Below, in pieces: positions 1 through 9,595 of a stretch of DNA of 64,000 nt. The notes beneath the pieces were generated by a model. It was given only the letters and a program-made list of their open reading frames with translations, had not been told where the DNA came from and did not search any database. Location of the stretch: assembly GCA_045657265.1 (NCBI GenBank), contig JAZOSU010000013.1, positions 74-64,073 of the forward strand, given 5' to 3'. The position numbers and the translations under genes are program-made. Position 1 is the stretch's first letter. Each line of letters opens with the position of its first letter. Origin of the DNA: Eubacteriales bacterium. Lineage in GTDB: Bacteria > Bacillota > Clostridia > Oscillospirales > QAKW01.

Positions 1-7
1 TTTTGTT

Positions 8-301
8 ATGCAACAACAAGAAAAAATCACAAGACCTAAAATGCCCCACAATCTGATTATGGAAGGCAGAAAAAAGTTAACTATATCGGGAGTCCTGGAC
101 ATAGACAGTTTTAACGAGCAAGGTGTCATTGCACTTACTGAACAAGGAATACTCATAATCAAAGGTATTGATATACACATCAACAAGTTAAACGTAGACA
201 GCGGAGACATCAGCATAGAATCAAAAGAAATTATCTCACTGACATACACTGACATTCACGACAAAAAAACAGGCTCTATTCTGAAGAGTCTTTTTAAATA
301 A
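8..301 (+). CDS. yabP: sporulation protein YabP
   Basis: 97-aa ORF with the YabP-like pattern (KKLTISGVLDIDSFNEQ...IKG..I.I..L). It sits immediately upstream of yabQ/divIC, the usual Firmicutes order. Confidence 0.8.
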   Translation: MQQQEKITRPKMPHNLIMEGRKKLTISGVLDIDSFNEQGVIALTEQGILIIKGIDIHINKLNVDSGDISIESKEIISLTYTDIHDKKTGSILKSLFK

Positions 302-302
302 T

Positions 303-917
303 ATGGAAATATCGGTCTCTAATCAACTTTTTAATTTTCTGTTAGCACTACAAACAGGAGCTGTAATTTCATTAATCTATGATTTTTTTCGCATTATACG
401 TCTTTCATTCAAAAACGGAAAAGTTTCAGTGTTTATTGAAGACATACTGTTCACGTTTATATCTTTCATAATAATCACTTTGTTCTTTTCAACTTACAAT
501 GACGGAGTTTTTAGGATATATTTATTTTTTGGCATTGTTTCGGGATACTTTATATGTCACTACACTTTAGGGTATCTTATAATACTACAAGCAAAGCTAA
601 TTATAAAGATTACAAAAGCCATAATCCGAATAATTTTGCTACCTTTCAAGATTCTATTTAAGGTTATTTGTAAATTTTTGATGAAAATAAAAATATTTTT
701 AAAAAAAGCCTTTATTTTTTTGAAAAGAAGATGTATTATAATAAAGAAGTGTTTTAAAAAATCAGAAAAAGGAGTGATAAGTACAAATGGCAAAAGCAAC
801 AAAAAAAGGCACAAGTCTTTTAGTAAAAATCGTTTTCGCCTTAGTTATCATCTACCTTTTATACATATTCATAGGACTACAAGTACAAATAAACGAAAAA
901 AAAGCTCAAATAAATAA
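303..917 (+). CDS. yabQ: spore cortex biosynthesis membrane protein YabQ-like
   Basis: Starts 2 nt after the yabP stop. It has hydrophobic N-terminal segments and a long K/R-rich tail. The 3' 131 nt overlap the divIC-like ORF, so the true C-terminus is uncertain. Confidence 0.55.
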   Translation: MEISVSNQLFNFLLALQTGAVISLIYDFFRIIRLSFKNGKVSVFIEDILFTFISFIIITLFFSTYNDGVFRIYLFFGIVSGYFICHYTLGYLIILQAKLIIKITKAIIRIILLPFKILFKVICKFLMKIKIFLKKAFIFLKRRCIIIKKCFKKSEKGVISTNGKSNKKRHKSFSKNRFRLSYHLPFIHIHRTTSTNKRKKSSNK

Positions 918-1071
918 GCTTGATATCCAGATTTCCAACAAAGCAACCGAAAATCAACAGTTATCTGACATACTTGATGCTGAAGTTGATTCAGAATACG
1001 TTGAAAAAGTTGCGAGAGATTTAGGATATGTAAATTCAGATGAGAAAATATATCAAAGTATTACAGACTAA
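787..1071 (+). CDS. divIC: septum formation initiator (DivIC/FtsB family)
   Basis: 94 aa with a single N-terminal TM helix, then a coiled coil (QINEKKAQINKLDIQISNKATENQQL) and a conserved tail (ARDLGYVNSDEKIY). Confidence 0.7.
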   Translation: MAKATKKGTSLLVKIVFALVIIYLLYIFIGLQVQINEKKAQINKLDIQISNKATENQQLSDILDAEVDSEYVEKVARDLGYVNSDEKIYQSITD

Positions 1072-1160
1072 AAACACAAAACGGAGATGCTTCGTAAAGA
1101 AGCAGTCTCCGTTTTTATTATGTAAAACAAAACCGACAAGTCAAAGCTTGTCGGTTTTTC

Positions 1161-1252
1161 TGGCGGAGATGTGGGGATTTGAACCCCAGCGCTGGCAAAA
1201 CCAACCTACCGGATTTCGAATCCGGACCCTTCAACCACTTGGGTACATCTCC
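1161..1252 (-). tRNA. tRNA-Ser (anticodon CGA), class II with long variable arm, CCA encoded
   Basis: The minus strand reads GGAGATG TA CCCAAGTGGTTGAAGGG T CCGGA TTCGAAA TCCGG TAGGTTGGTTTTGCCAGCGC TGGGG TTCAAAT CCCCA CATCTCC G CCA. All stems pair and the anticodon loop gives CGA. Confidence 0.9.
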
Positions 1253-1302
1253 AGATACTATTTAATTTGATAAAAAAACCGGTATTACTACCGGTTTTAT
1301 CG

Positions 1303-1566
1303 TTATGCAAGTTTATTGAGCTTTAATGTCAATGCGCTCTTTTTTCTATTGGCATTGTTTTTGTGGATATTATTGGTCTTTTCAGCCTTTTCTATCTTTT
1401 TAACAGCTTCAACATATGCAACTTTAGCAGCTTCTTTCTCCCCTGCCTGTACAAGTGCTTCAAACTTTTTGATAGAAGATCTAAGCTCTGACTTGATCAT
1501 TTTGTTCTGTAATGTTTTGGTGCTGATTACTAAGCATCTCTTTTTAGCAGATTTAATGTTTGGCAT
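1303..1566 (-). CDS. rpsT: 30S ribosomal protein S20
   Basis: Begins MPNIKSAKKR... with a GGAGGTG Shine-Dalgarno 6 nt upstream of the ATG at 1566. The track ORF starts 9 nt further upstream at a GTG. Confidence 0.9.
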   Translation of the reverse strand: MPNIKSAKKRCLVISTKTLQNKMIKSELRSSIKKFEALVQAGEKEAAKVAYVEAVKKIEKAEKTNNIHKNNANRKKSALTLKLNKLA

Positions 1567-1748
1567 TCCTGGCACCTCCTTTTAATATTTCTTAAAATAG
1601 CAAGTAATATTTTAGCATTAAAATTCAATAAAATCAAGTGTTTTTACAAAAAATATCTATTTTTATTTAATTAAAAGTTTATACACTGCCCAACTTTTAG
1701 TTGCAAGAGATTATTTATACTCTTTTTAACCGCATTAAAATGCTGAGT

Positions 1749-2406
1749 TTACCACATATCTTCTTTTGTTCTGCGGACATCATCTAAATATCCAATTATA
1801 ATTTTTTCGGCATTAAATCTTTTTACAAAGTTAGAAAACAGCTCAACATATTCATTATTTACAACTGTTATAGTTTCGCACGTCAACAGGCATTACTATT
1901 TTTTCGCCATTATATTCAAATACATATCCATATTCATCAACACCACTATGGTCACTTTCAAAAACAGATATTCTGACATTTCCAATGTTTTCATCTTCCC
2001 CTGCCGATACAAAGATACACTTTTTTTCATATTCCGCGACAAGCTTTGACATAAAATCCGGAACAAAACATTTAACATTATTCGGTAAACACTCAATTAT
2101 TTCTTTTTCAAAATGGTCGAATGGCTGTGAGTAAACAAAACAGCATCAAATCTATTATTATATTCAAAAAATAAATTTCTGTTTTTATTGGAAAATGGAA
2201 GTTTATGAAAACTCGGGTCAACAGCTATCAAAATCTCTCCGAGTTTCAAGACATATGATGCAGGTGCAAGCGCAGCTATCAAACAATCTTGTTTTGAAAT
2301 GTTATCAAATATATTACCAATATGATATTTATAATTTTTATATTTTCTAAATGCAAACTTTTTAGAAACAAACTGATATGCAACATTTTTAAAATGCCAT
2401 TCAAAA
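1749..2406 (-). pseudogene. frameshifted metallo-beta-lactamase-fold hydrolase
   Basis: Collinear minus-strand fragments lie in different frames: ...IAALAPASYVLKLGEILIAVDPSF...AVLFTHSHS | DHFEKEIIECLPNNVKCFVPDFMSKLVAEYEKK...PVDVRNYN | VVNNEYVELFSNFVKRFNAEKIIIGYLDD...MW*. Joining the first two restores HSHSDH (HxHxDH motif). The N-terminus also needs a shift, because ATG GCA TTT TAA follows the SD. Confidence 0.6.
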
Positions 2407-2577
2407 TTAACAAAACCACCTCGCTAATATTATACAGTTTTAACGAAAAAAAACAATAATTCCATAAAAAATTGTAAGATTTTTGGAGATTTACCTTGAC
2501 TTTTCAATACTATCATTGTACAATTTTAATAATAATCTAAGAAATTGTACATTATTTTTATTTAAAGGAAGCATTTT

Positions 2578-3123
2578 TTGTTACAACCAGTGGAATTTGA
2601 TACAATTATAAATCAGGCAAAAAACGGTGATGAAATTGCACTTGGCAAGTTGATTAAAGAGTTTTCTTCAATCATATCCGGAATATCCAAGTCTTATTTT
2701 CTTTACGGCGGAGATATTGAAGATTTATATCAGATAGGTCTTATTGGATTTTATGATGCAATACAAAAATTTGACTTTACTAAAAATGATAATTTTACAA
2801 AATTTGCAAAAATTTGTATACACAGCAAAATAATTGATGCTATAAAAGAAGCAAACCGTAAAAAGCATTCACCTCTCAATACCGCAGTGGGAATTGACAA
2901 CGTCAGTATTACCAGCAGCATTGATCCCGAAAAGAGATTTATTGTAAGGGAACAGCTTTTATCTGTTTATTCTGCAATAGATGTCCGATTATCCGACTAT
3001 GAGAAGAAAGTTCTTAATTTATATATAGACGGACTTTCATATAAAGACATAGCAACGCGTATAGGAACAACTCCGAAATCAGTTGACAATGCAATTTCAC
3101 GTATACGCAACAAATTAGTTTAA
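2578..3123 (+). CDS. sigH: RNA polymerase sigma factor, SigH-like (sigma-70 family)
   Basis: TTG start, 181 aa. Region 2 reads DLYQIGLIGFYDAIQKFD and KFAKICIHSKIIDAIKEANRKKH; region 4 HTH reads LSDYEKKVLNLYIDGLSYKDIATRIGTTPKSVDNAISRIRNKL. It aligns by eye with B. subtilis SigH. Confidence 0.65.
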   Translation: MLQPVEFDTIINQAKNGDEIALGKLIKEFSSIISGISKSYFLYGGDIEDLYQIGLIGFYDAIQKFDFTKNDNFTKFAKICIHSKIIDAIKEANRKKHSPLNTAVGIDNVSITSSIDPEKRFIVREQLLSVYSAIDVRLSDYEKKVLNLYIDGLSYKDIATRIGTTPKSVDNAISRIRNKLV

Positions 3124-3226
3124 TGCCCAAAAAAGCTAAGTGGCGGAGCGCTGGTAACTCAGAGGGGACGGTTCAATTCCGTTAAGGGTAAAAAATATTA
3201 CATACCACAAGAGAGGTAAAAGCAAA

Positions 3227-3505
3227 ATGTACGAGGACAAGAAAATCATTTGCAAAGACTGTGGCCAGGAATTTACTTTCACAGCCGGCGAACAGGAATT
3301 TTATGCAGAGAAAGGCTTCCAGAATGAGCCCCAGAGATGCAAAGCTTGCAGAGATGCAAAGAAAGCTGCTGCTAAAGGTCAGCGCGTTCTTTACGATGCA
3401 GTTTGTGCAGAATGTGGCAAAGAAGCTAAAGTTCCCTTCCAGCCTACAGAAGACAGACCTGTTTACTGTAGCGAGTGCTACGCTAAAATTAAAGAGCAGG
3501 CATAA
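3227..3505 (+). CDS. zinc-ribbon protein (two CxxC...CxxC modules)
   Basis: 92 aa containing CKDCG...CKAC and CAECG...CSEC pairs. A GAGAGG SD lies upstream. Confidence 0.6.
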   Translation: MYEDKKIICKDCGQEFTFTAGEQEFYAEKGFQNEPQRCKACRDAKKAAAKGQRVLYDAVCAECGKEAKVPFQPTEDRPVYCSECYAKIKEQA

Positions 3506-3520
3506 GACAAAAAAGTTTAA

Positions 3521-3548
3521 ACGGTGCATTTAAAATGCACCGTTTTTT
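3521..3548. terminator. bidirectional rho-independent terminator between convergent genes
   Basis: A 9-bp stem ACGGTGCAT/ATGCACCGT with a 5-nt loop is followed by TTTTT on the + strand and preceded by an A/T-rich run that serves the - strand. Confidence 0.7.
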
Positions 3549-3751
3549 CATTCCATAAAATCATTTATTATATCCATAACCGTTACCATAGTTACATTCC
3601 CTCTTTCTATTTTTCTGCATAACTCGGTTATAGATTTTTCATTTGTTGTTATATCGTCTATCCTAAGTGTATCGTTTCCGCATTCACATATCATACCGTA
3701 AAAAACAATACCGTTATTATCAGTTTTAGTCGTTGTACATTTCATATTCAT
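3548..3751 (-). CDS. hypothetical small protein (67 aa)
   Basis: ORF with an upstream AGGAGGA SD and no recognisable motif. Confidence 0.4.
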   Translation of the reverse strand: MNMKCTTTKTDNNGIVFYGMICECGNDTLRIDDITTNEKSITELCRKIERGNVTMVTVMDIINDFME

Positions 3752-3866
3752 ATCCTCCTATTATAATTGTACAACCACTTGATTTCTTCAGCAATACATT
3801 ATCAATCGACACATTTCGTTGAAAATCGAAAAATGTCCGAAAGCTTATGCTTTCGGACATTTTTTG

Positions 3867-4379
3867 TTAAAGAGAGAGACTTGGTGCTGTATATACTCTT
3901 GCTGCAAGTTCCTGATCTAAAAGATACAGGCTTTTAGGATCATCACCGAAAAGATTATATTTACTCACAAGTTTATCTGCATTTTCCTCTTCTTCAAGCT
4001 GTTCTTTTACAAACCAATCAAGAAACTGCATACTTCTGAAGTCTTTAACATCGTATGCCGCCTCATAGATAGCGTGAATAAGACTTGTCACATAACGTTC
4101 ATGTTCTGCGCCTGCCAGAAGAGGCTGAAGATGATTTGTGAAATTCTTAGAAGGATCATCAATGAGTTTAAGTTTAGGTTTTACACCGTTGCTCTGAAGA
4201 TATTTCATAAAGAGCATTGCGTGGTCACGCTCTTCCTGAGCCTGAATGGTATACCAATTAGCAAAACCGTCCAGATCGTTATCTTCATAGTAATTAGCTA
4301 TTTCCAGATATAAATAAGCGCTATAGAATTCTTTAGTAATCTGATCATTTAAAAGAGCAACAACTTTTTTATTGAGCAT
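3867..4379 (-). CDS. ftn: non-heme ferritin
   Basis: 170 aa with ferritin-like ferroxidase residues (EFYSAYLYLEIA..., QAQEERDHAMLF, EHERYVT). Confidence 0.85.
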   Translation of the reverse strand: MLNKKVVALLNDQITKEFYSAYLYLEIANYYEDNDLDGFANWYTIQAQEERDHAMLFMKYLQSNGVKPKLKLIDDPSKNFTNHLQPLLAGAEHERYVTSLIHAIYEAAYDVKDFRSMQFLDWFVKEQLEEEENADKLVSKYNLFGDDPKSLYLLDQELAARVYTAPSLSL

Positions 4380-4402
4380 ACAATCACCAACCCAACATAA
4401 AT

Positions 4403-4948
4403 TTATTTAAAATATCTGTTTAAAAGTCCTTCAAAAGCCTTGCCGTGGCGAGCTTCATCTCTTGCCATTTCATGAACTGTATCATGAATTGCATCAAGAC
4501 CTGCCTTTTTAGCACGAACAGCAAGGTCTGTTTTACCTGCTGTAGCACCGTTTTCAGCATCTACTCTCATTTCAAGATTTTTCTTTGTGCTATCTGTTAC
4601 AACTTCACCGAGAAGTTCTGCAAATTTAGCAGCGTGTTCAGCTTCTTCATAGGCTGCTTTTTCCCAATAAAGACCGATTTCAGGATAGCCTTCACGATGT
4701 GCAACTCTTGCCATTGCAAGATACATACCCACTTCTGTACATTCACCCATAAAGTTTGCGCGAAGATCTTCTTTGATATCTTCTGTTACTTCAGGAGCCT
4801 GAGCTACACCAACGATATGTTCAGCAGCCCAGCTCATTTCTGTCATTTCTTCGAATTTTTCTGCAGGCTGTTTACATACAGGGCATTTTTCGGGAGCAGC
4901 ATCGCCTTCGTGAACATATCCGCATACTTTACAAACAAATTTTTTCAT
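4403..4948 (-). CDS. rbr: reverse rubrerythrin (N-terminal rubredoxin-like domain + diiron four-helix bundle)
   Basis: The N-terminus carries [10 protein letters not shown]...CPVCKQP, followed by the ferritin-like EGYPEIG...EEAEHAAKF...DEARHGKAF. Confidence 0.85.
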   Translation of the reverse strand: MKKFVCKVCGYVHEGDAAPEKCPVCKQPAEKFEEMTEMSWAAEHIVGVAQAPEVTEDIKEDLRANFMGECTEVGMYLAMARVAHREGYPEIGLYWEKAAYEEAEHAAKFAELLGEVVTDSTKKNLEMRVDAENGATAGKTDLAVRAKKAGLDAIHDTVHEMARDEARHGKAFEGLLNRYFK

Positions 4949-4985
4949 AATCTTTAAATCTCCTTAAAATTAATTATATATTATT

Positions 4986-5384
4986 TTATTTATTACATTT
5001 ATTACAAATACCACCGAAATACACGTCTTTGATATTTGTTTCAAATCCGTCCAGACCTGTAACTGTCAGTTCAGAAACGTTAAAATCGTAAATACTTTTA
5101 CATTTTTCACATTTAAAATGGCCATGCATACTAACATCAGCATCAAATCTGGTACGTTCCCCGTCCAGCTTAACCTCTATTGCAAGGCCTTTTTCCACAA
5201 GAGAGTTCAATACATTATAAACAGTAGCTCTTGTAATACTGTTTTGTTCTTTTTTCATAGCCTCATAAACTTCTTCTGCATCGGGATGAGTTTTATATTT
5301 TTCAAGATACTCATAAACCCACAGTCTTTGCGGCGTAACTCGAAGTCCGGAGTTATGAAGTTTATCACAAATTTCTTTTTTCAT
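4986..5384 (-). CDS. perR: Fur-family peroxide regulator (PerR-like)
   Basis: Contains LRVTPQRLWVYEYL winged helix, HGHFKCEKC...CNKC zinc sites. The internal ATG at 5384 has a GGAAGGAGG SD and is preferred over the track start at 5420. Confidence 0.8.
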   Translation of the reverse strand: MKKEICDKLHNSGLRVTPQRLWVYEYLEKYKTHPDAEEVYEAMKKEQNSITRATVYNVLNSLVEKGLAIEVKLDGERTRFDADVSMHGHFKCEKCKSIYDFNVSELTVTGLDGFETNIKDVYFGGICNKCNK

Positions 5385-5531
5385 ATTACCTCCTTCCCTT
5401 TTATGATTCAAGTTTACCACACAAATACACGCTTGTCAAGAGTTTTTTAGAATAATTCTAAAAAAATAATTAATCAAAATAAAATGCACGTTCACAATTA
5501 ATAAAACGTGCATTTTTTACATTATTATATA

Positions 5532-7187
5532 TTATTTACCTTTACTGTCACGAAGTTCAACAATTGAGTTAAACACAAGTTTATCAGTCTGTTTATTATC
5601 GCGGCAGAAATATCCGTTTCTTACAAACTGGAATTTATCAAGCGGTTTTGCATCTGCAAGGGCTATTTCAACTTTTGCATTTTCAAATTTGCAAACAGAA
5701 TCTGTATTAAGATAATCCCCGTAGGTTTTATCTTCAGGCATTGTAACGAGGTTTTCCTCTGTAAAGAGTTTATCGTATTTAATTATCTGAGCATCTGCGC
5801 AATTTGAAGCAGAAACCCAATGAATAGTACCTTTGATTTTTCGTCCGTCAGAGGGCATATTACTTCCTGTTTCAAGGTCAGCAGTACATCTGATAAGAGT
5901 AACCTCACCGTTATCGTCTGTTTCATAGCCTACACATTTAATAATGTAAGAATTCATAAGGCGGACTTCATTTTCAGGGAAAAGTCTGAAGAATTTCGGC
6001 ACTTTCTCTGTTTTGAAGTCTGCTTTTTCGATATAAAGTTCTCTTGTGAAAGGTATTTTTCTTGTTCCTGCATTTTCGTCGTTAGGATTATTATTTGCCT
6101 CAAAGTATTCCACTTTATCTTCGGGATAGTTTTCAATAACGACTTTAACAGGGTCAATAACAGCTATTCTACGCTGCGCGCTATAGTTGAGTTCATCTCT
6201 GACGCAATGTTCCAGAAGACCTACGTCTACTATTGAAAAGGCTTTTGAAACACCTGCTTTTTTAACAAACTCAATAATTGAAGAAGGTGTATAACCACGT
6301 CTGCGAAGACCGCAAAGAGTAGGCATTCTCGGGTCATCCCAACCGTCAACTATCCCTGTTTCAACAAGTTCACGAAGATATCTTTTACTCATCACAGTAT
6401 GAGTAACATTAAGTCTTGCAAATTCATACTGATGGGGTTTATGCTCAAAACCTATTTTATTTACAACCCAATCATAAAGAGGGCGGTGGTTTTCAAATTC
6501 CAATGAACAAAGAGAATGTGTAATACCCTCAAGAGCATCCTGAATAGGATGAGCAAAATCATAAAGAGGATAGATACACCATTTATTACCCTGACGGTGA
6601 TGATGAGTATGGCTGATTCTGTAAATTGCAGGGTCACGCATATTCATATTAGGGCTTGACATATCAATTTTTGCACGAAGAGTACAAGCGCCGTCTTCAA
6701 ACTCACCGTTTTTCATTTTTTCAAACAGTTCAAGGTTTTCTTCAACAGTTCTGTTTCTGTAAGGGCTTTCTTTACCGGGTGCAGTAAGAGTACCTCTGTA
6801 CTCACGCATCTGTTCGGAATTCAAATCACAAACGTATGCATCGCCCTGTTTGATAAGCTGAACAGCATATTCGTAACATTTATCAAAATAGTCAGAACCG
6901 TAAAAAATACCGCCGTTTGGCTCACAACCGAGCCATTTAAGGTCTTCGTATATACTTTTTACATATTCGTCGTCTTCTTTAACAGGGTTTGTATCATCAT
7001 AACGAAGATTAAAAAGTCCGTCATATTTCTGTGCCGTAAAGTGATTAATAAATATTGCTTTAGCACTTCCTATATGAAGATAGCCGTTAGGCTCGGGTGG
7101 GAATCTTGTATGAATCTTTTGTACTTTCCCCTCTTCAATATCTTTATCTATTATATCGTGAATAAAAAAGGATGTCATTTCTTCCAT
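5532..7187 (-). CDS. glnS: glutaminyl-tRNA synthetase
   Basis: 551 aa with class I HIGH (PEPNGYLHIGSAKA) and a VMSKR motif. The GlnRS-type C-terminal beta-barrel region is present. Confidence 0.9.
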   Translation of the reverse strand: MEEMTSFFIHDIIDKDIEEGKVQKIHTRFPPEPNGYLHIGSAKAIFINHFTAQKYDGLFNLRYDDTNPVKEDDEYVKSIYEDLKWLGCEPNGGIFYGSDYFDKCYEYAVQLIKQGDAYVCDLNSEQMREYRGTLTAPGKESPYRNRTVEENLELFEKMKNGEFEDGACTLRAKIDMSSPNMNMRDPAIYRISHTHHHRQGNKWCIYPLYDFAHPIQDALEGITHSLCSLEFENHRPLYDWVVNKIGFEHKPHQYEFARLNVTHTVMSKRYLRELVETGIVDGWDDPRMPTLCGLRRRGYTPSSIIEFVKKAGVSKAFSIVDVGLLEHCVRDELNYSAQRRIAVIDPVKVVIENYPEDKVEYFEANNNPNDENAGTRKIPFTRELYIEKADFKTEKVPKFFRLFPENEVRLMNSYIIKCVGYETDDNGEVTLIRCTADLETGSNMPSDGRKIKGTIHWVSASNCADAQIIKYDKLFTEENLVTMPEDKTYGDYLNTDSVCKFENAKVEIALADAKPLDKFQFVRNGYFCRDNKQTDKLVFNSIVELRDSKGK

Positions 7188-7190
7188 ATT

Positions 7191-8828
7191 TTAAAACTCC
7201 TTAAGTCTTTTTAAAGTACGTTCTTTTCCGAGAATCTTCATAATACTGTAAAGGTCGGGAGATTGCATTTTACCTGTAACCGCGATGCGAAGCACCATAC
7301 TTACATCACCTACATGACCTTTATACATTTCGGGATTCTTTTTATAGTCTTTTGGTTTTTGAGCATACCCAAGCTCAGATGCTATAACTTTAATTTTTTC
7401 AAACCATTCTGATGAATCGTCGTTTTCGTCGTAGCCCGAAATGAAGTTATCTATAATAGCTTTTGCATCTTCTTTTACATTTTCGGGAAGCTGATCTTTG
7501 ATTTCAAAAAGTCCGTCAAAGAAAAAGCTGAGATATTCGCGTACTTCGTTCCATTTAGCTATATCTTTTCTCGGTTTTGCATCGTTTCTGCCTATTTCAA
7601 AAATTGATTTTGTATAGTCATAATCAGCGCTGAGATATCCGTAAAGTTCCTCATCATTTTCTTTTGCCCAACTGAGAACTTCATCGGTTACTGCCTGTGC
7701 TGACATAACGCTTATAGCATTTTTTGAAACATCATCAAGTTTATCAAGGTCAAACAGTGAACCGCTATGAGCCATTTTAGCTGTTGTGAATTTAAACTCT
7801 TCCAAAGGAGTTTTAGGATTCTGAAGTCTCCACTCTTCATAATTTGAGTTGAGTAAGGTCATAACATATTCACGCACTGCCGAAACAGGATAGCCCTGCT
7901 TGCGATAATAAGTAAGTGCAGCTTCAGGGTCATGACGTTTTGAGAGTTTACGTTTAGAATTACCATCAGATTTCATAAGAAGTGAAATATGAAGGTATTT
8001 AGGAGTTTTAAATCCAAGCAAGTTGAAAAGTTGAACGTGAAGAGGGAGTGATGAAAGCCACTCCTCACCTCTTATAACATGGGTCACTCTCATAATATGA
8101 TCGTCTACTGCATGTGCAAAATGGTATGTAGGTATACCATCGCTTTTAAGAAGAACCTGATCTACATAGTTCTCATCCATTTCAAGTTTGCCTTTTATAA
8201 CGTCAGTAAATTTAATTCTTCCGCCTTCTTTACCGGGTGAACGAAGACGAAGAACATAAGGCACACCATCATCTATAAATTTTTTCACAGTTTCAAAATC
8301 TGCGTCGCGGTATTTTGCCCATTTACCATAAACACCGGGAAGAACTTTAAGCTGTTCCTGTTCACTTCTTATACTTTCAAGTTCTTCTTTAGTATAGAAG
8401 CAAGGATATGCAAGTCCTCTTATCACAAGGTCTTTTGCATAAACGTGATATATAGGAGCACGTTTTGACTGGCTATACGGTCCGTAATTTCCACATTCGC
8501 CGTCAAGAGTTACACCTTCATCAAACTCAAGACCATAATGAGCAAAAGAATTGATTATTGTTTCAACAGCACCTTCAACTTTACGCTGAGAATCTGTATC
8601 TTCAATTCTTAAAATATATACACCACCGCTCTGACGCGCAAGGCGTTCTGATACCAAAGCGGGAAAAAGATTACCAAAATGCACAAAACCCGTAGGGCTT
8701 GGTGCTATACGTGTTACTCTTGCACCTTCCGGAAGCTGACGTTCAGGGAATTCTTTTTCCATATCATCCGGAGTTTTTGTAATATCAGGAAACAAAAGGT
8801 TTGCAAGTAATAAGTTTTTATCTTCCAT
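7191..8828 (-). CDS. gltX: glutamyl-tRNA synthetase (long form, 545 aa)
   Basis: Carries PSPTGFVHFGNLF (HIGH) and KLSKRH (KMSKS). It lies directly upstream of glnS with a 3-nt gap. Confidence 0.9.
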   Translation of the reverse strand: MEDKNLLLANLLFPDITKTPDDMEKEFPERQLPEGARVTRIAPSPTGFVHFGNLFPALVSERLARQSGGVYILRIEDTDSQRKVEGAVETIINSFAHYGLEFDEGVTLDGECGNYGPYSQSKRAPIYHVYAKDLVIRGLAYPCFYTKEELESIRSEQEQLKVLPGVYGKWAKYRDADFETVKKFIDDGVPYVLRLRSPGKEGGRIKFTDVIKGKLEMDENYVDQVLLKSDGIPTYHFAHAVDDHIMRVTHVIRGEEWLSSLPLHVQLFNLLGFKTPKYLHISLLMKSDGNSKRKLSKRHDPEAALTYYRKQGYPVSAVREYVMTLLNSNYEEWRLQNPKTPLEEFKFTTAKMAHSGSLFDLDKLDDVSKNAISVMSAQAVTDEVLSWAKENDEELYGYLSADYDYTKSIFEIGRNDAKPRKDIAKWNEVREYLSFFFDGLFEIKDQLPENVKEDAKAIIDNFISGYDENDDSSEWFEKIKVIASELGYAQKPKDYKKNPEMYKGHVGDVSMVLRIAVTGKMQSPDLYSIMKILGKERTLKRLKEF

Positions 8829-8940
8829 AATTTTACCTCAAATACATACTATTTCAAATAGGTATTATATTATAATACAGTAAACATTTCAATATGAAAA
8901 TAAAAAAAGTAAGAGGTTTTTGAGCCTCTTACTGATTTTT

Positions 8941-9477
8941 TTAATAATTTTTAGCGTTGATTTCAAAGTAGCTCTGAGGATGTGCACATGTAGGACAAAT
9001 TTCAGGAGCTTTTTCACCAACCATAATATGTCCGCAGTTACGGCATTCCCAAACCTGAACTGAGCTTTTTGCAAATACTTCAGCAGCTTCAACATTATGC
9101 AAAAGTGCGCGGTAACGTTCTTCGTGATGTTTTTCTATAGCTGCAACCATTCTGAATTTTGCAGCAAGTTCCGAAAAACCTTCTTTTTCAGCAGTTTCTG
9201 CAAAACCTGCATACATATCTGTCCATTCATAGTTTTCGCCTTCTGCGGCAGAAACAAGATTTTCAGCAGTAGAACCTATTCCGTTAAGTTCTTTGAACCA
9301 AAGCTTTGCATGTTCTTTTTCATTGTCTGCAGTTTTCAAGAAGAGAGCCGCAATCTGTTCAAAACCTTCTTTTTTAGCTTTTGAAGCAAAATAAGTATAC
9401 TTATTTCTTGCTTCTGACTCTCCTGAAAATGCAGCCATAAGATTTTTTTCCGTCTGCGTACCTTTATATTTACTCAT
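8941..9477 (-). CDS. rbr: rubrerythrin (classical, C-terminal rubredoxin domain)
   Basis: Starts [27 protein letters not shown] and ends with CRNCGH...CPTCAHP. Confidence 0.9.
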   Translation of the reverse strand: MSKYKGTQTEKNLMAAFSGESEARNKYTYFASKAKKEGFEQIAALFLKTADNEKEHAKLWFKELNGIGSTAENLVSAAEGENYEWTDMYAGFAETAEKEGFSELAAKFRMVAAIEKHHEERYRALLHNVEAAEVFAKSSVQVWECRNCGHIMVGEKAPEICPTCAHPQSYFEINAKNY

Positions 9478-9595
9478 ATTATTTACCTCCTTTGGAATAT
9501 ATATGTATTATAGACCAAAACTTACAATTTTACAATAAAAACAAAAATATTTTTAAGTTGATTTCACATTACAAATATGTTAACATTAAAAAAAT

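Noticed and set aside
1040-1270. Track ORF 1040-1270 (+), and similar ORFs overlapping tRNA-Ser, the tRNA-Arg flank (9663-9938) and the element end (51608-51790, 51791-52009).
   Set aside because: They overlap RNA genes, terminators or non-coding att DNA, lack SD sequences, and have implausible compositions.
3124-3190. A tRNA-like T arm (GACGG TTCAATT CCGTT) followed by AAGGGTA lies between the sigma-factor gene and the zinc-ribbon gene.
   Set aside because: No matching acceptor 5' strand, D arm or anticodon arm can be folded from the upstream 70 nt. I treat it as chance or at most a tiny tRNA relic, not a tRNA gene.
4445-4957. Long ORFs lie antisense to, or out of frame within, real genes. 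Examples are 4445-4957, 22368-22733, 33465-33863, 37626-38132, 40832-41212, 42730-43194, 50415-50906, 54834-55433, 55423-55908, 62151-62630 and 63180-63626.
   Set aside because: Each lies wholly inside a well-supported gene on the other strand or frame. They have low-complexity or Cys/Phe/Ser-rich compositions typical of shadow ORFs, and they lack SD sequences.
5385-8940. I expected T-box leaders upstream of the aminoacyl-tRNA synthetase genes (gltX-glnS, argS at 22655-23060, trpS at 35306-35460).
   Set aside because: The upstream regions are short or AT-rich and lack the T-box consensus or a specifier/antiterminator architecture. Only ordinary promoters are visible, for example TTGAAA-17-TATAAT before gltX.
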